A DNA stretch of 64,000 nucleotides from Clostridia bacterium (GTDB lineage: Bacteria > Bacillota > Clostridia > Oscillospirales > CAG-272). Below, one piece after another: positions 42,047 to 51,768 of the stretch. The notes beneath the pieces were generated by a model. It saw only the letters and a list, made by a program, of their open reading frames with translations. It did no database searches and had not been told where the DNA came from. The DNA is taken from positions 5,058 through 69,057 of the forward strand of contig JAFXJX010000058.1 in the NCBI GenBank assembly GCA_017532025.1. Direction: 5' to 3'. A program made the translations under genes and the position numbers. Each line of letters starts with the position of its first letter. The stretch's first letter is position 1.

Positions 42047-42125
42047 TTTCTTTGTGTTCATCTATGACCTGTCAATTTTCCTGACAAGCACTGCTTTTGC
42101 GGACACAAAAGCAAAAATGATTTCT

Positions 42126-42920
42126 CTATTTATCAAGAAAATTTTCCAAGTCACAAAACAAAGCATTATATTTCACAGATAAATTGTCTTCTGCATCTTT
42201 CCGCAATAGCTGTTGTATGGCATTGTACAGTTTATTTGCAAAAAACTCTATGTTATCCATCTGCACTTTTGAATACTTTTCGGAACGAATGTCAATTCCA
42301 ATTAAAGGAGTGTATTCCGGAAAATACGTACACATTAGCACCTTCCGTAAGTATTCCTTTGACAAGTCCAGATTTTTTTGATAGTTATCGTTTTCAAATG
42401 GAGTCTCGCAAAAATATATAGCCATTCTGTAATTCGCACAACTGCGAATTTCCTCATCTTGTGAAATATCCAAAATACGAGTAGCACATTCGAATATTTT
42501 TTCATTTATTTCTCGATGTTGATTTTCATTTTCTATATTATCATGGAGATTTTCAAGAAGTGAAAGCTGTATTTTCATTACTCGATCATCATTCATAATA
42601 TCAATTGCATCTATTAAAAAATCCTCATATTCTTTTCTAAGGGCAGAAAAATTGCCATGTGTTTTTTGAGAATATTTCTCAGACAGATAGTTGATACGTT
42701 TCTCCTTTGAAGTGCTATCAAAACCGCATAATATATCCATCGAAACATGAAAAATCGAACATATTTTAGCAACCGTTGCAATGTCGGGTGCTGCGATATT
42801 ATTTTCATATCTTGAGACCATTTGCGGAGATATATACAGCAAATCCGCAAGCTCACTCTGTGTCATTTTAAATTCTTTTCTAAAGAGCTTTATGTTTTTT
42901 CCTATCGTTTCATAGATCAT
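42126..42920 (-). CDS. XRE-family HTH regulator with helical C-terminus (low GC)
   Basis: IGKNIKLFRKE.KMTQSELAD.LYISPQMVSRYENN..APD. Confidence 0.85.
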   Translation of the reverse strand: MIYETIGKNIKLFRKEFKMTQSELADLLYISPQMVSRYENNIAAPDIATVAKICSIFHVSMDILCGFDSTSKEKRINYLSEKYSQKTHGNFSALRKEYEDFLIDAIDIMNDDRVMKIQLSLLENLHDNIENENQHREINEKIFECATRILDISQDEEIRSCANYRMAIYFCETPFENDNYQKNLDLSKEYLRKVLMCTYFPEYTPLIGIDIRSEKYSKVQMDNIEFFANKLYNAIQQLLRKDAEDNLSVKYNALFCDLENFLDK

Positions 42921-43141
42921 AACTGCACCGCCTTTCTTTGATAAAAGTATACCACAAAACATTCTTCAAGTCTACATACTACCACGCAAATTCATTTGCA
43001 TAAGACTTGAAATAACCATAAAACAACGCCGAAAGCTATTAAGTAAAATGTCTTTCGGCGTTATTGCTATTCACTTTATAGAATTGCTCTACGGCAGGTA
43101 CGCCAAACGCATCCCTTTTGTTTATTTTTAGCTTTATGGGT

Positions 43142-43582
43142 CTAATACAAATCGGTTGCGAGTTGCGTTCTGATGTCGAATTCACCTTCATAATCGGTTG
43201 CCCAAGCAACACCGAACATGACCTTATCAACGGGTGTTCGGCGAACATACTCCATTCCACAACGAATCTGATTTGTAACAAATTCAGGAATTTCGTCTCC
43301 TGCTCCTATGGTCACAACAACATTTTCCTTGACAAACTCCGAACACAAGTATCGCTCTCCCGAAGATCCCCGATTGGGAATCTTAGGATCGCAGAGAGAA
43401 ACAACGCAACGAATTGTCTGCCAATCTTTTTTTGAAATGACAATTCGATAACTTCCCGCAAGCACTCGCTCACGCAAAGACCGAATTTTTTGATTGCAAT
43501 ACGGTTCATATTCATAATCGGAACGAATATCGTCTATGTAGATTTGAATCTCACCCAACGGTGTCATAAGCTCTTTTCCCAT
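43142..43582 (-). CDS. Hypothetical protein (low GC)
   Basis: 146-aa ORF with AAGGAG RBS; no family recognised. Confidence 0.7.
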   Translation of the reverse strand: MGKELMTPLGEIQIYIDDIRSDYEYEPYCNQKIRSLRERVLAGSYRIVISKKDWQTIRCVVSLCDPKIPNRGSSGERYLCSEFVKENVVVTIGAGDEIPEFVTNQIRCGMEYVRRTPVDKVMFGVAWATDYEGEFDIRTQLATDLY

Positions 43583-43686
43583 ATAATCAAACTCCTTTAT
43601 AAACTAATTCTTCAAAAGGCTCTTCCTTTCGTTAATCCTATTATAGCACAAAAGGCAGAGAGTTGCAACGTCTCTCTGCCCCTTTT

Positions 43687-44340
43687 TTAACGTTTCCGCA
43701 AAAGATCACTCACGGTGACAAACTCATAGCCTTCTTCCAAAAGGCGCGGGATCACGCGGCGAAGCGCCTCGGGTGTGTGCGACTGCCCCACCACGTAATC
43801 GTGGCAAAGAATGATACTGCCATCCTTCACGTCTTTCATAATCGCCTTTTCAATGCGATCAGCCGAAAGCCCGCGCCAATCCTCGGTATCCACCGACCAA
43901 AGCACCATCTGATACCCTTGCTCTTTGGCAACCGTTTTGATCACACCCTCACGAAATCCCTCGGGTGGACGAAAAAGAATCGGCGAAACACCCGTGATCG
44001 ATTCAATCACCGCCTTGGTTTTTTCAAGCTCAAAAGAAAAGCTTTCGGCATTCTGCTCTTTGAGTTTGGGATGAGAATAGGTGTGGTTACCGATCTCATG
44101 CCCCTCCTCTGATGTTTGTTTGACCAAAGACGGATGCTCCTCTGCATTCTGTCCCACCACAAAAAAAGTGCCTTTGATCTTGTATTCGTTCAGAATCGAA
44201 AGAATCTCGGCGGTATAAACCGCGTGCGGTCCGTCATCAAAAGTCAAAGCGATCTTTTTGGGCGGCACTTCAGAAAAAACCGGAAGTCCTATGCTGACAA
44301 TAAACAGCGCTGCCAAAACCAAACAAAAGACCCGTCTCAT
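43687..44340 (-). CDS. Polysaccharide deacetylase (CE4, PdaB-like)
   Basis: Signal peptide; IALTFDDGP, HEIGNHTYSH, FRPP, WSVDTEDW and IILCHD motifs; coupled to pdaA. Confidence 0.9.
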   Translation of the reverse strand: MRRVFCLVLAALFIVSIGLPVFSEVPPKKIALTFDDGPHAVYTAEILSILNEYKIKGTFFVVGQNAEEHPSLVKQTSEEGHEIGNHTYSHPKLKEQNAESFSFELEKTKAVIESITGVSPILFRPPEGFREGVIKTVAKEQGYQMVLWSVDTEDWRGLSADRIEKAIMKDVKDGSIILCHDYVVGQSHTPEALRRVIPRLLEEGYEFVTVSDLLRKR

Positions 44341-45113
44341 GCGAAGAGCTCCTCAATACATCCAATGCGGTAGCCTTCTTTTTCAATCTCGGTCAAAAGC
44401 CTGTCCATAATTTCGGCGTTGGTTGCAGAGGTAGGGTGTAACAGCATCACCTCACCGCAGTGTAAATGCGAAAGAATCTTGTCAAGCGCGCGATTGGGAT
44501 CGGGTTGTTTGGCATTATCCCAATCGGCATAGGCAAATGACCAAAGAAGCGTTTTGTAGCCAAGCTGATCAGCAAAGGCAAGATTCTCCTCCGAAAACCG
44601 TCCCTGCGGCGGGCGGTAGATTTTTGGCATCTCTTTCCCCGTCAGCTCGGTATAAGCCTTTTCCAAGCGAGTCAACTGCTTTTCAAACAGAGTGATATCG
44701 GTAATCGTACTCATGTCGGGGTGCGTGGCGGTGTGATTGCAAACTGTATGCCCTTGATCCACCATGCGCTTCACAAGCTCGGGGTTACGGCGAATCAAGT
44801 TTTCCAAAATGAAAAACGTACCCTTAACGCCATGCTTATCCAGCGCATCCAGCACCTTTTCCACGTTTCCGTTTTCATAGCCTGCGTCAAAGGTCAGATA
44901 AATCACCTTGTCGTCGGACTCTGCTTTTTTGTCAAGATAATAAAAGTTGTATTTTTCCGCAAAAGCAAAATTCGTATGCAAAACCGGCGGTGTATGATTG
45001 TCATTGTTCTGCACAAACCAATTGTAGGGCGTTCTGTCATGAGCAAAGACACGAAGCGGCAACAGCGAAAATACCAGCAGCAGGATCACCAAACTTTTTT
45101 TCGTTTTTTTCAT
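44337..45113 (-). CDS. pdaA: Spore-cortex muramic delta-lactam N-deacetylase (PdaA-like)
   Basis: IYLTFDAGYENG, NHTATHPDM, RPPQGRFSE, WSFAYADW and LLHPTSATN motifs. Confidence 0.88.
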   Translation of the reverse strand: MKKTKKSLVILLLVFSLLPLRVFAHDRTPYNWFVQNNDNHTPPVLHTNFAFAEKYNFYYLDKKAESDDKVIYLTFDAGYENGNVEKVLDALDKHGVKGTFFILENLIRRNPELVKRMVDQGHTVCNHTATHPDMSTITDITLFEKQLTRLEKAYTELTGKEMPKIYRPPQGRFSEENLAFADQLGYKTLLWSFAYADWDNAKQPDPNRALDKILSHLHCGEVMLLHPTSATNAEIMDRLLTEIEKEGYRIGCIEELFA

Positions 45114-45170
45114 ATAATAACCATAACTTTCGTTCACAAAAATCTTCCTTTCCTTATGAGATTTCCTTTG

Positions 45171-45200
45171 TAGTGTTTCTTGAAAAACAACAATCTACAC
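45171..45200 (-). promoter_or_regulatory. sigma-F/G-like promoter candidate for pdaA
   Basis: GTGTA-N15-AGAAACACTA resembles GYWTA-N15-GGNNANANTW. Confidence 0.4.
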
Positions 45201-45261
45201 GCTGAAAGAAAAACAAAAAAAGTGCCAAGCGTTCCATAAAAGGAAACACTTGGCATTTTGA

Positions 45262-45861
45262 TTAACGAAGAGTTTTGGTCATCACAAGCGCTTTGCTGTT
45301 GTAATACTTCATTGCCTTGAGCAACTGCTCGGTCGCTTCAAAGAACACAACTGCAGGCTTGCCGTCCTTATCGGTAAAGGTCATAAAGTAAATATCAGAT
45401 GCAGAGAAAGAAGAAACAGCCTCATAACGATTTGCCTCGGCATTGGCGTGTGCGTGAGGGGTGTATTCTTCATTGAGGGGAGCAATCAGCTCCGCGTCGC
45501 TGATTCTGACCTTAACATAATCCTTTTCGTACTTTCCGCCGTACACGGTCAAGATGGTGAAATAGCTTGTATCCACGGTGTAGTAGTATGCAGGGGAAAC
45601 ATAAGGCCATGTAAAGAACCAAAGAATCCAAACCAAAAGCGGTACGATCGCACCGGGAAAGGGGAAAACCAAAAGAAGAGGAATAGCCAGACCAAGACCA
45701 ACAGCAAGATACAGAAGAACCATCAGCATACGCTGTTTTTTAAACTTAGGCTGCTTTTTCACATCTACCATGTACTCGGCATAGTTCGCACTGCCAAAAG
45801 CATCATCGGCACGGGCGGTGATGTCGCCTCTTGAGCTTTCTTTGCCCTTGAATCTTCTCAT
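45262..45861 (-). CDS. Hypothetical membrane protein (2 TM plus PH-like domain; DUF6106-like)
   Basis: YAEYMV..K, two TM helices, Y.Y.V and VVFFEA..QLL motifs. Confidence 0.7.
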   Translation of the reverse strand: MRRFKGKESSRGDITARADDAFGSANYAEYMVDVKKQPKFKKQRMLMVLLYLAVGLGLAIPLLLVFPFPGAIVPLLVWILWFFTWPYVSPAYYYTVDTSYFTILTVYGGKYEKDYVKVRISDAELIAPLNEEYTPHAHANAEANRYEAVSSFSASDIYFMTFTDKDGKPAVVFFEATEQLLKAMKYYNSKALVMTKTLR

Positions 45862-46173
45862 AATTGAAAATCTCCTAACTGAAAAATTTTGGAATACAGT
45901 CTTCACAAAGAACACTTTGACAAGACTCATAACGATACTATTATAACATAAAAACCGTGAATATCAAGACCTAATATCAAGTTTTTTTCATCATTTTTCT
46001 TGAAAATCAGCAAAATAGACAAAAAATGAATCAAAAGACTTCAACTTAAAAAGTTTTTTTGGTCAAACTGTAAATTTTATCGAAAAACAAAAAAAAATCT
46101 TGAAAAAACGCGATATTATGGTATAATATATATAAATCACGGAGGAATTCCGTTTCAGAAAGGAAGAATGACC

Positions 46174-46449
46174 ATGACCAAAAAAGAACTGATTGATATT
46201 GTTGCCGCTGATGCCAATATTACCAAAAAGGATGCTAAGGCTGCTATTGATGCTCTTCTCACCGCTGTAGAAGATGCACTTGTAAAAGGCGAAGACGTTT
46301 CCTTCGCAGGATTCGGCACATTCAAGGTAAAGACACGCGCTGCCAGAAACGGTGTCAATCCCCAAACCAAAGCTCCCGTTGTTATCCCTGAAGCAAAGGT
46401 TCCCACCTTCAAGCCCGGCAAGGCACTCAAGGATAAAGTTTCCGGCTGA
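46174..46449 (+). CDS. hup: HU family DNA-binding protein
   Basis: MTKKELI, GFGTF, RAARNGVNPQT and P.FKPGKALKD motifs; promoter TTGAAA...TATAAT at 46100-46127. Confidence 0.96.
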   Translation: MTKKELIDIVAADANITKKDAKAAIDALLTAVEDALVKGEDVSFAGFGTFKVKTRAARNGVNPQTKAPVVIPEAKVPTFKPGKALKDKVSG

Positions 46450-46511
46450 TTTGAAACATCACAAGGGTTGTTGCTTCGTCAACAACCCTTCTTTTTTGGT
46501 GGTGATACAGT

Positions 46512-48752
46512 ATGTTCGGTTTTATTTTGAAAAAGCCGCTCGCCTTTTCCTGCACCGCATTTCTGGCGGTGCTTTTTCTGCTTGTGTTCCATCCGTTTCG
46601 GTATGCCGCCCTCATCGCCTGTCTTCTCTTTGGCTGTCTTTTGGTGGGAGCTGTCACTTTCTTTTTCATCAAGCGCAGTGGCGTTCGCCGCATACTGTTT
46701 ATCACCCTTCTTTTTGTAACCGCCCTCTCTTTTGCCTTTTCTCTTGCGGCCAACTTAAACACCAAGAAGCAAGCCCTGCAAGAAAGCTATCACGAAAAAG
46801 AAACGCACGGCAGATTCTTGGTTACCCATGTCAATACATACGATGAGCTTTCCGAATTTGAGGGTGTTTTTCTGACCGTTGACGAAAAAGAAGTGAATAT
46901 CAAAGGCTCACTGATCACCTTTCATCACTCGCTTTCTCCCCTACCGGGCGACATTGTCGAGGGAAAATTCAGCTTAGAGACCACCGAAGGCAACTCTTTC
47001 TTGAACAAACAGGAAATGGCAAGCGGAAAGCTTTTGCAAGGCGAAGCTAATGATGCTGAAATCGTCGCCGAGGATATCAAAACGCCCGCCGTCTATCTTT
47101 CTACTATCCGCTCTTCGGTTTCCGAAACGTTTGACCGTCACCTGAGCGAAGAAGGAGCCGGCATGGCAAAGGCGCTTCTTCTTGCCGATAAAAGCGATAT
47201 TCCCTCCCCTGTCAAAGACGGTTTTTCTACCCTCGGCATCCAACATCTCTTCGCGGTCAGCGGTCTGCACCTTTCGATCCTCATCGGCAGTATCGCATCG
47301 CTCCTTTCGTATTTTGCCGTCAAACGCCGCATTGCGTTTCCCCTCTTGATTGCCATCACGCTTTTCTACATGGCACTCACCGGCTTTGCGCCCTCCATGC
47401 TCCGCTCGGGCGGTATGCTGCTTCTTTTCTATTTTTCTTTCTTCTCTCACCGCCATAAAGACAGCGTCACCGCCTTGCTTGTTGCCACAACCGTTATTGT
47501 TTTGATCTCACCCGCATCGATTCTCGACGCAGGGCTTCTCCTTTCTTTTGCGGCAACACTCGGCATCTTGCTTATTGCCAATCCGATTTTAACCAATCTT
47601 TTCAAAAAGCGCTTCTTCCATCAAAAACACCTGCTTCCCCGTATGTTCTCCTACATTGTGCAAACAATCATCTCCTCATTTGCTCTTTCGCTTTCGGCAA
47701 CGGCGTTCATCTTACCGATTTTGTATCTGATGAACAGCAAGGTTGTCATTTTCACCTTTCTTTCCAACCTTGTTTTCACGCCCTTCTTCACGCTTCTTTT
47801 GGGATGTGTTCCCTTTTTGTTCCTTTGTCTGCCCTTTCCTGTACTGATACCGATTTTAACATGGGTCGTAAATCTTTTGTCCAAGGGAGTCTATGCCATT
47901 GCCACCGCAAGTCACGGCTTTGCCTCGCTGTCTTTTTCGCTTGGCTATTCTTTTATGCCCTTTCTCATGCTGCTTCTCTTTGCCACACTTGGTCTTTTGA
48001 TTGTGAAAAAGAAAAACAACTTTTTGCCGCTTTTGGCAATTCTTCTCTTTTTCGTCACAGCCAATATCGGCATTGCCATAACCGACGGCATTTGGCAACA
48101 CAAAGAAATGGTCTATTATCACACCAACGAAAAAAGCGACTCCTTGCTTCTTTACCACGATACCAACGGCATGGTGATAGATTTTTCCTATTCGGCCCAA
48201 TTCATTCTTGAAAGCTTTGAAAAAATCGAAACCGAATTTCCGTCGGTGAAAACCGACACACTCATGCTGACCAACTGCCGCGTAGCCCATAGCAAGGCGG
48301 TGCAAACATTGATCGAGCGTAACAGCATTAAGCATCTTTTGTTACCAAAAGGAAGTGAAAATGCCGAAAAGCTGTACAACTTCGCCGACAAAGCAGGCAT
48401 CAATGTTTATTATTACACCCCAAAGGATACTGTCTTTTGGAATGACATCACCCTTGCCACACACCAAGACAAAACCGAATACAACGTCTCTGCCATTGAA
48501 GTTACGCTAACAAACAAAAAACTTCTTTATCTCAAAGAAAATGCACCCACCATCTTCAACATCCGCTTTGGTCCAATGGATGCGTACCACGATGTTGTCT
48601 TCTACGGCGCTTTCGGTCTCAAATCCCAATACGCGCCATATGTCTTCAAAGCCAACACCGTGGTGCAAGGCAACACAGGCGACTATGTGAAAGAAAGCGA
48701 AGAGATCGCGCTCTTATACGGTGACTATCTTGTGGAAGACCGCAGAAAATAA
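46512..48752 (+). CDS. comEC: ComEC/Rec2 family competence protein (degenerate C-terminal MBL domain)
   Basis: GIQHLFAVSGLH, TGFAPSMLRSG and GLLLSFAATLGI motifs; the C-terminal domain lacks an intact HxHxDH. Confidence 0.88.
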   Translation: MFGFILKKPLAFSCTAFLAVLFLLVFHPFRYAALIACLLFGCLLVGAVTFFFIKRSGVRRILFITLLFVTALSFAFSLAANLNTKKQALQESYHEKETHGRFLVTHVNTYDELSEFEGVFLTVDEKEVNIKGSLITFHHSLSPLPGDIVEGKFSLETTEGNSFLNKQEMASGKLLQGEANDAEIVAEDIKTPAVYLSTIRSSVSETFDRHLSEEGAGMAKALLLADKSDIPSPVKDGFSTLGIQHLFAVSGLHLSILIGSIASLLSYFAVKRRIAFPLLIAITLFYMALTGFAPSMLRSGGMLLLFYFSFFSHRHKDSVTALLVATTVIVLISPASILDAGLLLSFAATLGILLIANPILTNLFKKRFFHQKHLLPRMFSYIVQTIISSFALSLSATAFILPILYLMNSKVVIFTFLSNLVFTPFFTLLLGCVPFLFLCLPFPVLIPILTWVVNLLSKGVYAIATASHGFASLSFSLGYSFMPFLMLLLFATLGLLIVKKKNNFLPLLAILLFFVTANIGIAITDGIWQHKEMVYYHTNEKSDSLLLYHDTNGMVIDFSYSAQFILESFEKIETEFPSVKTDTLMLTNCRVAHSKAVQTLIERNSIKHLLLPKGSENAEKLYNFADKAGINVYYYTPKDTVFWNDITLATHQDKTEYNVSAIEVTLTNKKLLYLKENAPTIFNIRFGPMDAYHDVVFYGAFGLKSQYAPYVFKANTVVQGNTGDYVKESEEIALLYGDYLVEDRRK

Positions 48753-48778
48753 AAATCGGACAGCTTAAGCATTTGTAT

Positions 48779-48829
48779 TCTAACCGACAGTAAAAAGCCG
48801 ATACGGATTCATTTCCATATCGGCTTTTT
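48779..48829. repeat. 51-bp direct repeat containing a terminator hairpin, copy A
   Basis: TCTAACCGACAGTAAAAAGCCGATACGGATTCATTTCCATATCGGCTTTTT; 49 of 51 bases identical to copy B. Confidence 0.9.
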
Positions 48830-48985
48830 TGTTTGGCGACAACCGAAGCTTGCATATATTTGTATGTACAAAATTATTTTATCATACGTTTGTATGATTT
48901 GTCAAGTCATATATTTATATGCGTGGTATAATTATATATATGCACAATTACAATCGTCTTTCAATTAAAAAAGGAGAAATATTAT

Positions 48986-49204
48986 ATGCATTATTACCAA
49001 AGGCTCAGAGATCTTAGAGAAGATGCTGATAAAAAGCAAGCAGATATCGCAGAACTCCTTGGCATCTCACGACAGCACTATTCGCTATACGAACGCGGCG
49101 TCCGAGAACTTCCGATGCATCATTTCATCACCTTAGCAAGATACTATAATGTTTCTCTTGATTATCTTGCCGGTTTGATCGATAAACCGAGAAAATTAAA
49201 CTAA
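48986..49204 (+). CDS. Small XRE-family HTH regulator
   Basis: RLRDLRED.DKKQ.DIA..LGIS...YSLYERG...LARYYNVSLDYL; AAGGAG RBS and an upstream TGGTATAAT. Confidence 0.9.
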   Translation: MHYYQRLRDLREDADKKQADIAELLGISRQHYSLYERGVRELPMHHFITLARYYNVSLDYLAGLIDKPRKLN

Positions 49205-49232
49205 AGCTCCACCAAAGCCATATGACGTCCAC

Positions 49233-49283
49233 TCTAACCGACAGTAAAAAGCCGATACTGATTGATTTCCATATCGGCTTTTT
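49233..49283. repeat. 51-bp direct repeat containing a terminator hairpin, copy B
   Basis: TCTAACCGACAGTAAAAAGCCGATACTGATTGATTTCCATATCGGCTTTTT. Confidence 0.9.
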
Positions 49284-49298
49284 ATATTTAGTGATTCT

Positions 49299-50036
49299 TT
49301 ATTTTACAATTCTCTGATACCGATATCCACTTCGCCCTTCACGCTGACGCGAGAAAATGCCAAGCTCGGTCAAAACCTTTAAGGCGGCGCTGAGATAACG
49401 CCCTTTTAATTTTGTTACCTCGGCAAAGGTTTTGGTGTCAAACTCGTTCGGCAAACCTTCGGGAAGCAGAGCGGCATAATCGGAAGGAGATACGCAAACA
49501 ATCTCCTCACAAAGCGCCGTCGGAATGCGCTCATAACGCCGCGTGCCCCGCCCTTTGCCGCCGTTTTTGCTCACCATGCGGTATTCGTCAAGATCAAGCG
49601 TCACAAGCTTAAAACGAAAATTTTCATGCTTCAGGTAAGGCAAAATCTTCACAAGCTCACCGAATACGCGCATAACTTGCCGTTTCACGGGACTTGTCCG
49701 CGGTGCGGAAAACTCGCCGTTTTGGTCGATCCAGATCAGTCTTCTTTTGTTCGCGATCGGATGCACCACCGTCACAGGGTACTCGGGCAAAAATGCCGCA
49801 AGCTTGGGTTTAAGAGGTGAAAAGCTGCCTGTCTGTATCTCCACAATGCCGTCGCTGTTGCAAATATCGGCAACGTGTGAGCCGACCTTGACCTCGTGAT
49901 GCGATCGGTCGGGGTCAAGATAGAGTTTGAGCGAGGCATGAAGCACCTTTTCAGAGAGTCTGCCGATGCCGTTTCGATCACGCGTTTCAATGATGACGGT
50001 ATCCACCGCTTCCAAAAACTGTTCCTGTTTTCCCAT
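49299..50036 (-). CDS. Hypothetical protein, PD-(D/E)XK nuclease-like (CoiA-like) with C-terminal winged-helix-like segment
   Basis: SEKVLH..LK...HE....VADI.....VEIQ pattern. Confidence 0.6.
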   Translation of the reverse strand: MGKQEQFLEAVDTVIIETRDRNGIGRLSEKVLHASLKLYLDPDRSHHEVKVGSHVADICNSDGIVEIQTGSFSPLKPKLAAFLPEYPVTVVHPIANKRRLIWIDQNGEFSAPRTSPVKRQVMRVFGELVKILPYLKHENFRFKLVTLDLDEYRMVSKNGGKGRGTRRYERIPTALCEEIVCVSPSDYAALLPEGLPNEFDTKTFAEVTKLKGRYLSAALKVLTELGIFSRQREGRSGYRYQRIVK

Positions 50037-50037
50037 C

Positions 50038-51752
50038 TTACTTCAAATCCTTAGGCGTCACGTACGCCGTCCAATAGGTCGTGTAGGTTACAAAGCCGGG
50101 CTTTGCGCCTGCCGGCTTTTTGATATAGCGCACCTCGGTGTAGTCAACCGCCACACTCTCCCCGTCTGAAAGCGAGGAATGAAATGCCGCAAGTGCCGCC
50201 GCCTCGGTGAAATCCTTGGCATCCGGTTCATCTTTGCCGTCAAGAAACAAAATCACGTGAGAGCCGGGCGCATTCTTAACGTGGAACCACCAATCGCTTT
50301 TGGCTGCCACCTTGGTGGTAATGTGGTCGTTTTGCAGATTGTTTTTGCCGCACAAAAGGCGGTAGCCGCCGCTTGTCATGTATTCCAGCGGTTTGGACTT
50401 GATCGTCTTTGCCGCCGCGGCTTTTTTGATCTTCGAGCCATAGCCTGCCGAAAGCAGCTCGCGGCGAATCTCGTCAAGCTCACTCTGCCCCACAGCCCTT
50501 TCAAGCGAATCGGCAACTGTGTCAATATAGAGAAGCTCCTCGCGTGCCGCTTCAATCTGCAAGGCAAGCTCTTGTTCGGCATGCTTGGCTTTGTTGTACT
50601 TTTTGTAATAGCTTTGCGCGTTCTGCGCGGGTGCAAGACGCCCATCGAGTGTAATCTCCACCTCGGGCATTTCCTCATCGTAATAGTCAATCACCTTGAC
50701 CTTGGTCATGCCGCGCTTTAACTGATACATATTGGCGGTGATGAGATCGCCCACACGCTTGTATTCGTCTTTCTTCGCGCATTCGGCAAGTTCCGCCTCC
50801 TGCAAAGCAAGCTTTTTGGATAAACGCGCTTTGGCGTTCGTCACAAGCTTGAACAAATCGGAGGCGCGCTTTTTCGAATGATCAAGGTTGTCTTTCTCGT
50901 CAAAAAATTCTTCGATCACTTCGGAGCAAGAATCCCTTTCCTCTATCCGAAAACCCTCACCGTACTGCCCAATCGGCATAAAGGAATAGGCAATCGGCTT
51001 GTTGCCCTCATACACAATCGTCGGGCGGTATTCGTTTTCTTCAGTTTTTCAGCAAAGGAAGAAAACACATCCCACACAAAGGCGGGCGATGAACCGATCC
51101 GTTCCACCGAGCGGCAAGCCAGCTCCCTTGCCACAAGGGACGAAATACCCATGTAGTTCGACGTAATAAACTTTTCAGTCGCCATATCGGGGGATTTGGC
51201 GGCACGCAAGAAGAACTCTTCCCTATCAAGCGCAAGCGGTGACAGCTTATCCTGCTTCGGCGGCAATTCGTAAAACATACCGCCAAGAAGCTGTCGCTTG
51301 GTGCTTGTGGTAAAGTCCACGGGGCGAAGAACGCCAAGGATCTTTTTGTCCTTGTCGGTAAAGATCAGATTGCTGTATTTGCCCATGATCTCAGCATACA
51401 TATACTTGGTTTCGTAAAAGCCCATCTCGTCGCGCGAATCGAACGCAATCTCCACCACGCGCTCAAAATCCACCCGTCTGACAGACAGAATCTTCGCGCC
51501 TGTCAGGTGCTTTCTCGCCAGGGTGCAAAACAAAAACGGTGTGGGCGGATTTTCCTTCTGCCTTGTGACAAAACCGATGCGCGGATTGTTCGCACCCGCC
51601 GCAATCGAAAGGCGCAGATTCCCCTCCTTGGTATGAAGCGCCAGCACAAGCTCGTCTTTTTCGGGCTGATAGACCTTTTCCACTCGCGCGCCGCTGATTT
51701 TTTCATTGATCTCGTGGGCAACGGCGCCCACCATTCCTGCATCAAATGCCAT
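50038..51752 (-). pseudogene. rqcH: Ribosome quality control factor RqcH (NFACT/FbpA), split by a 1-nt frameshift near 51035-51050
   Basis: The 5' frame has MAFDA, KVYQP and EIMGKYSN; the 3' frame has NAQSYYKKYNKAK, GKNNLQND, WFHVKNAPGSHV and VDYT. Adding one A joins them. Confidence 0.85.
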
Positions 51753-51768
51753 ATTGTTCTCTCTTTTC

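Noticed and set aside
43071-43100. ACTTTATAGAA as a dif/Xer site
   Set aside because: It resembles only one arm; there is no XerD-type TTATGTAAA arm at 6-bp spacing.
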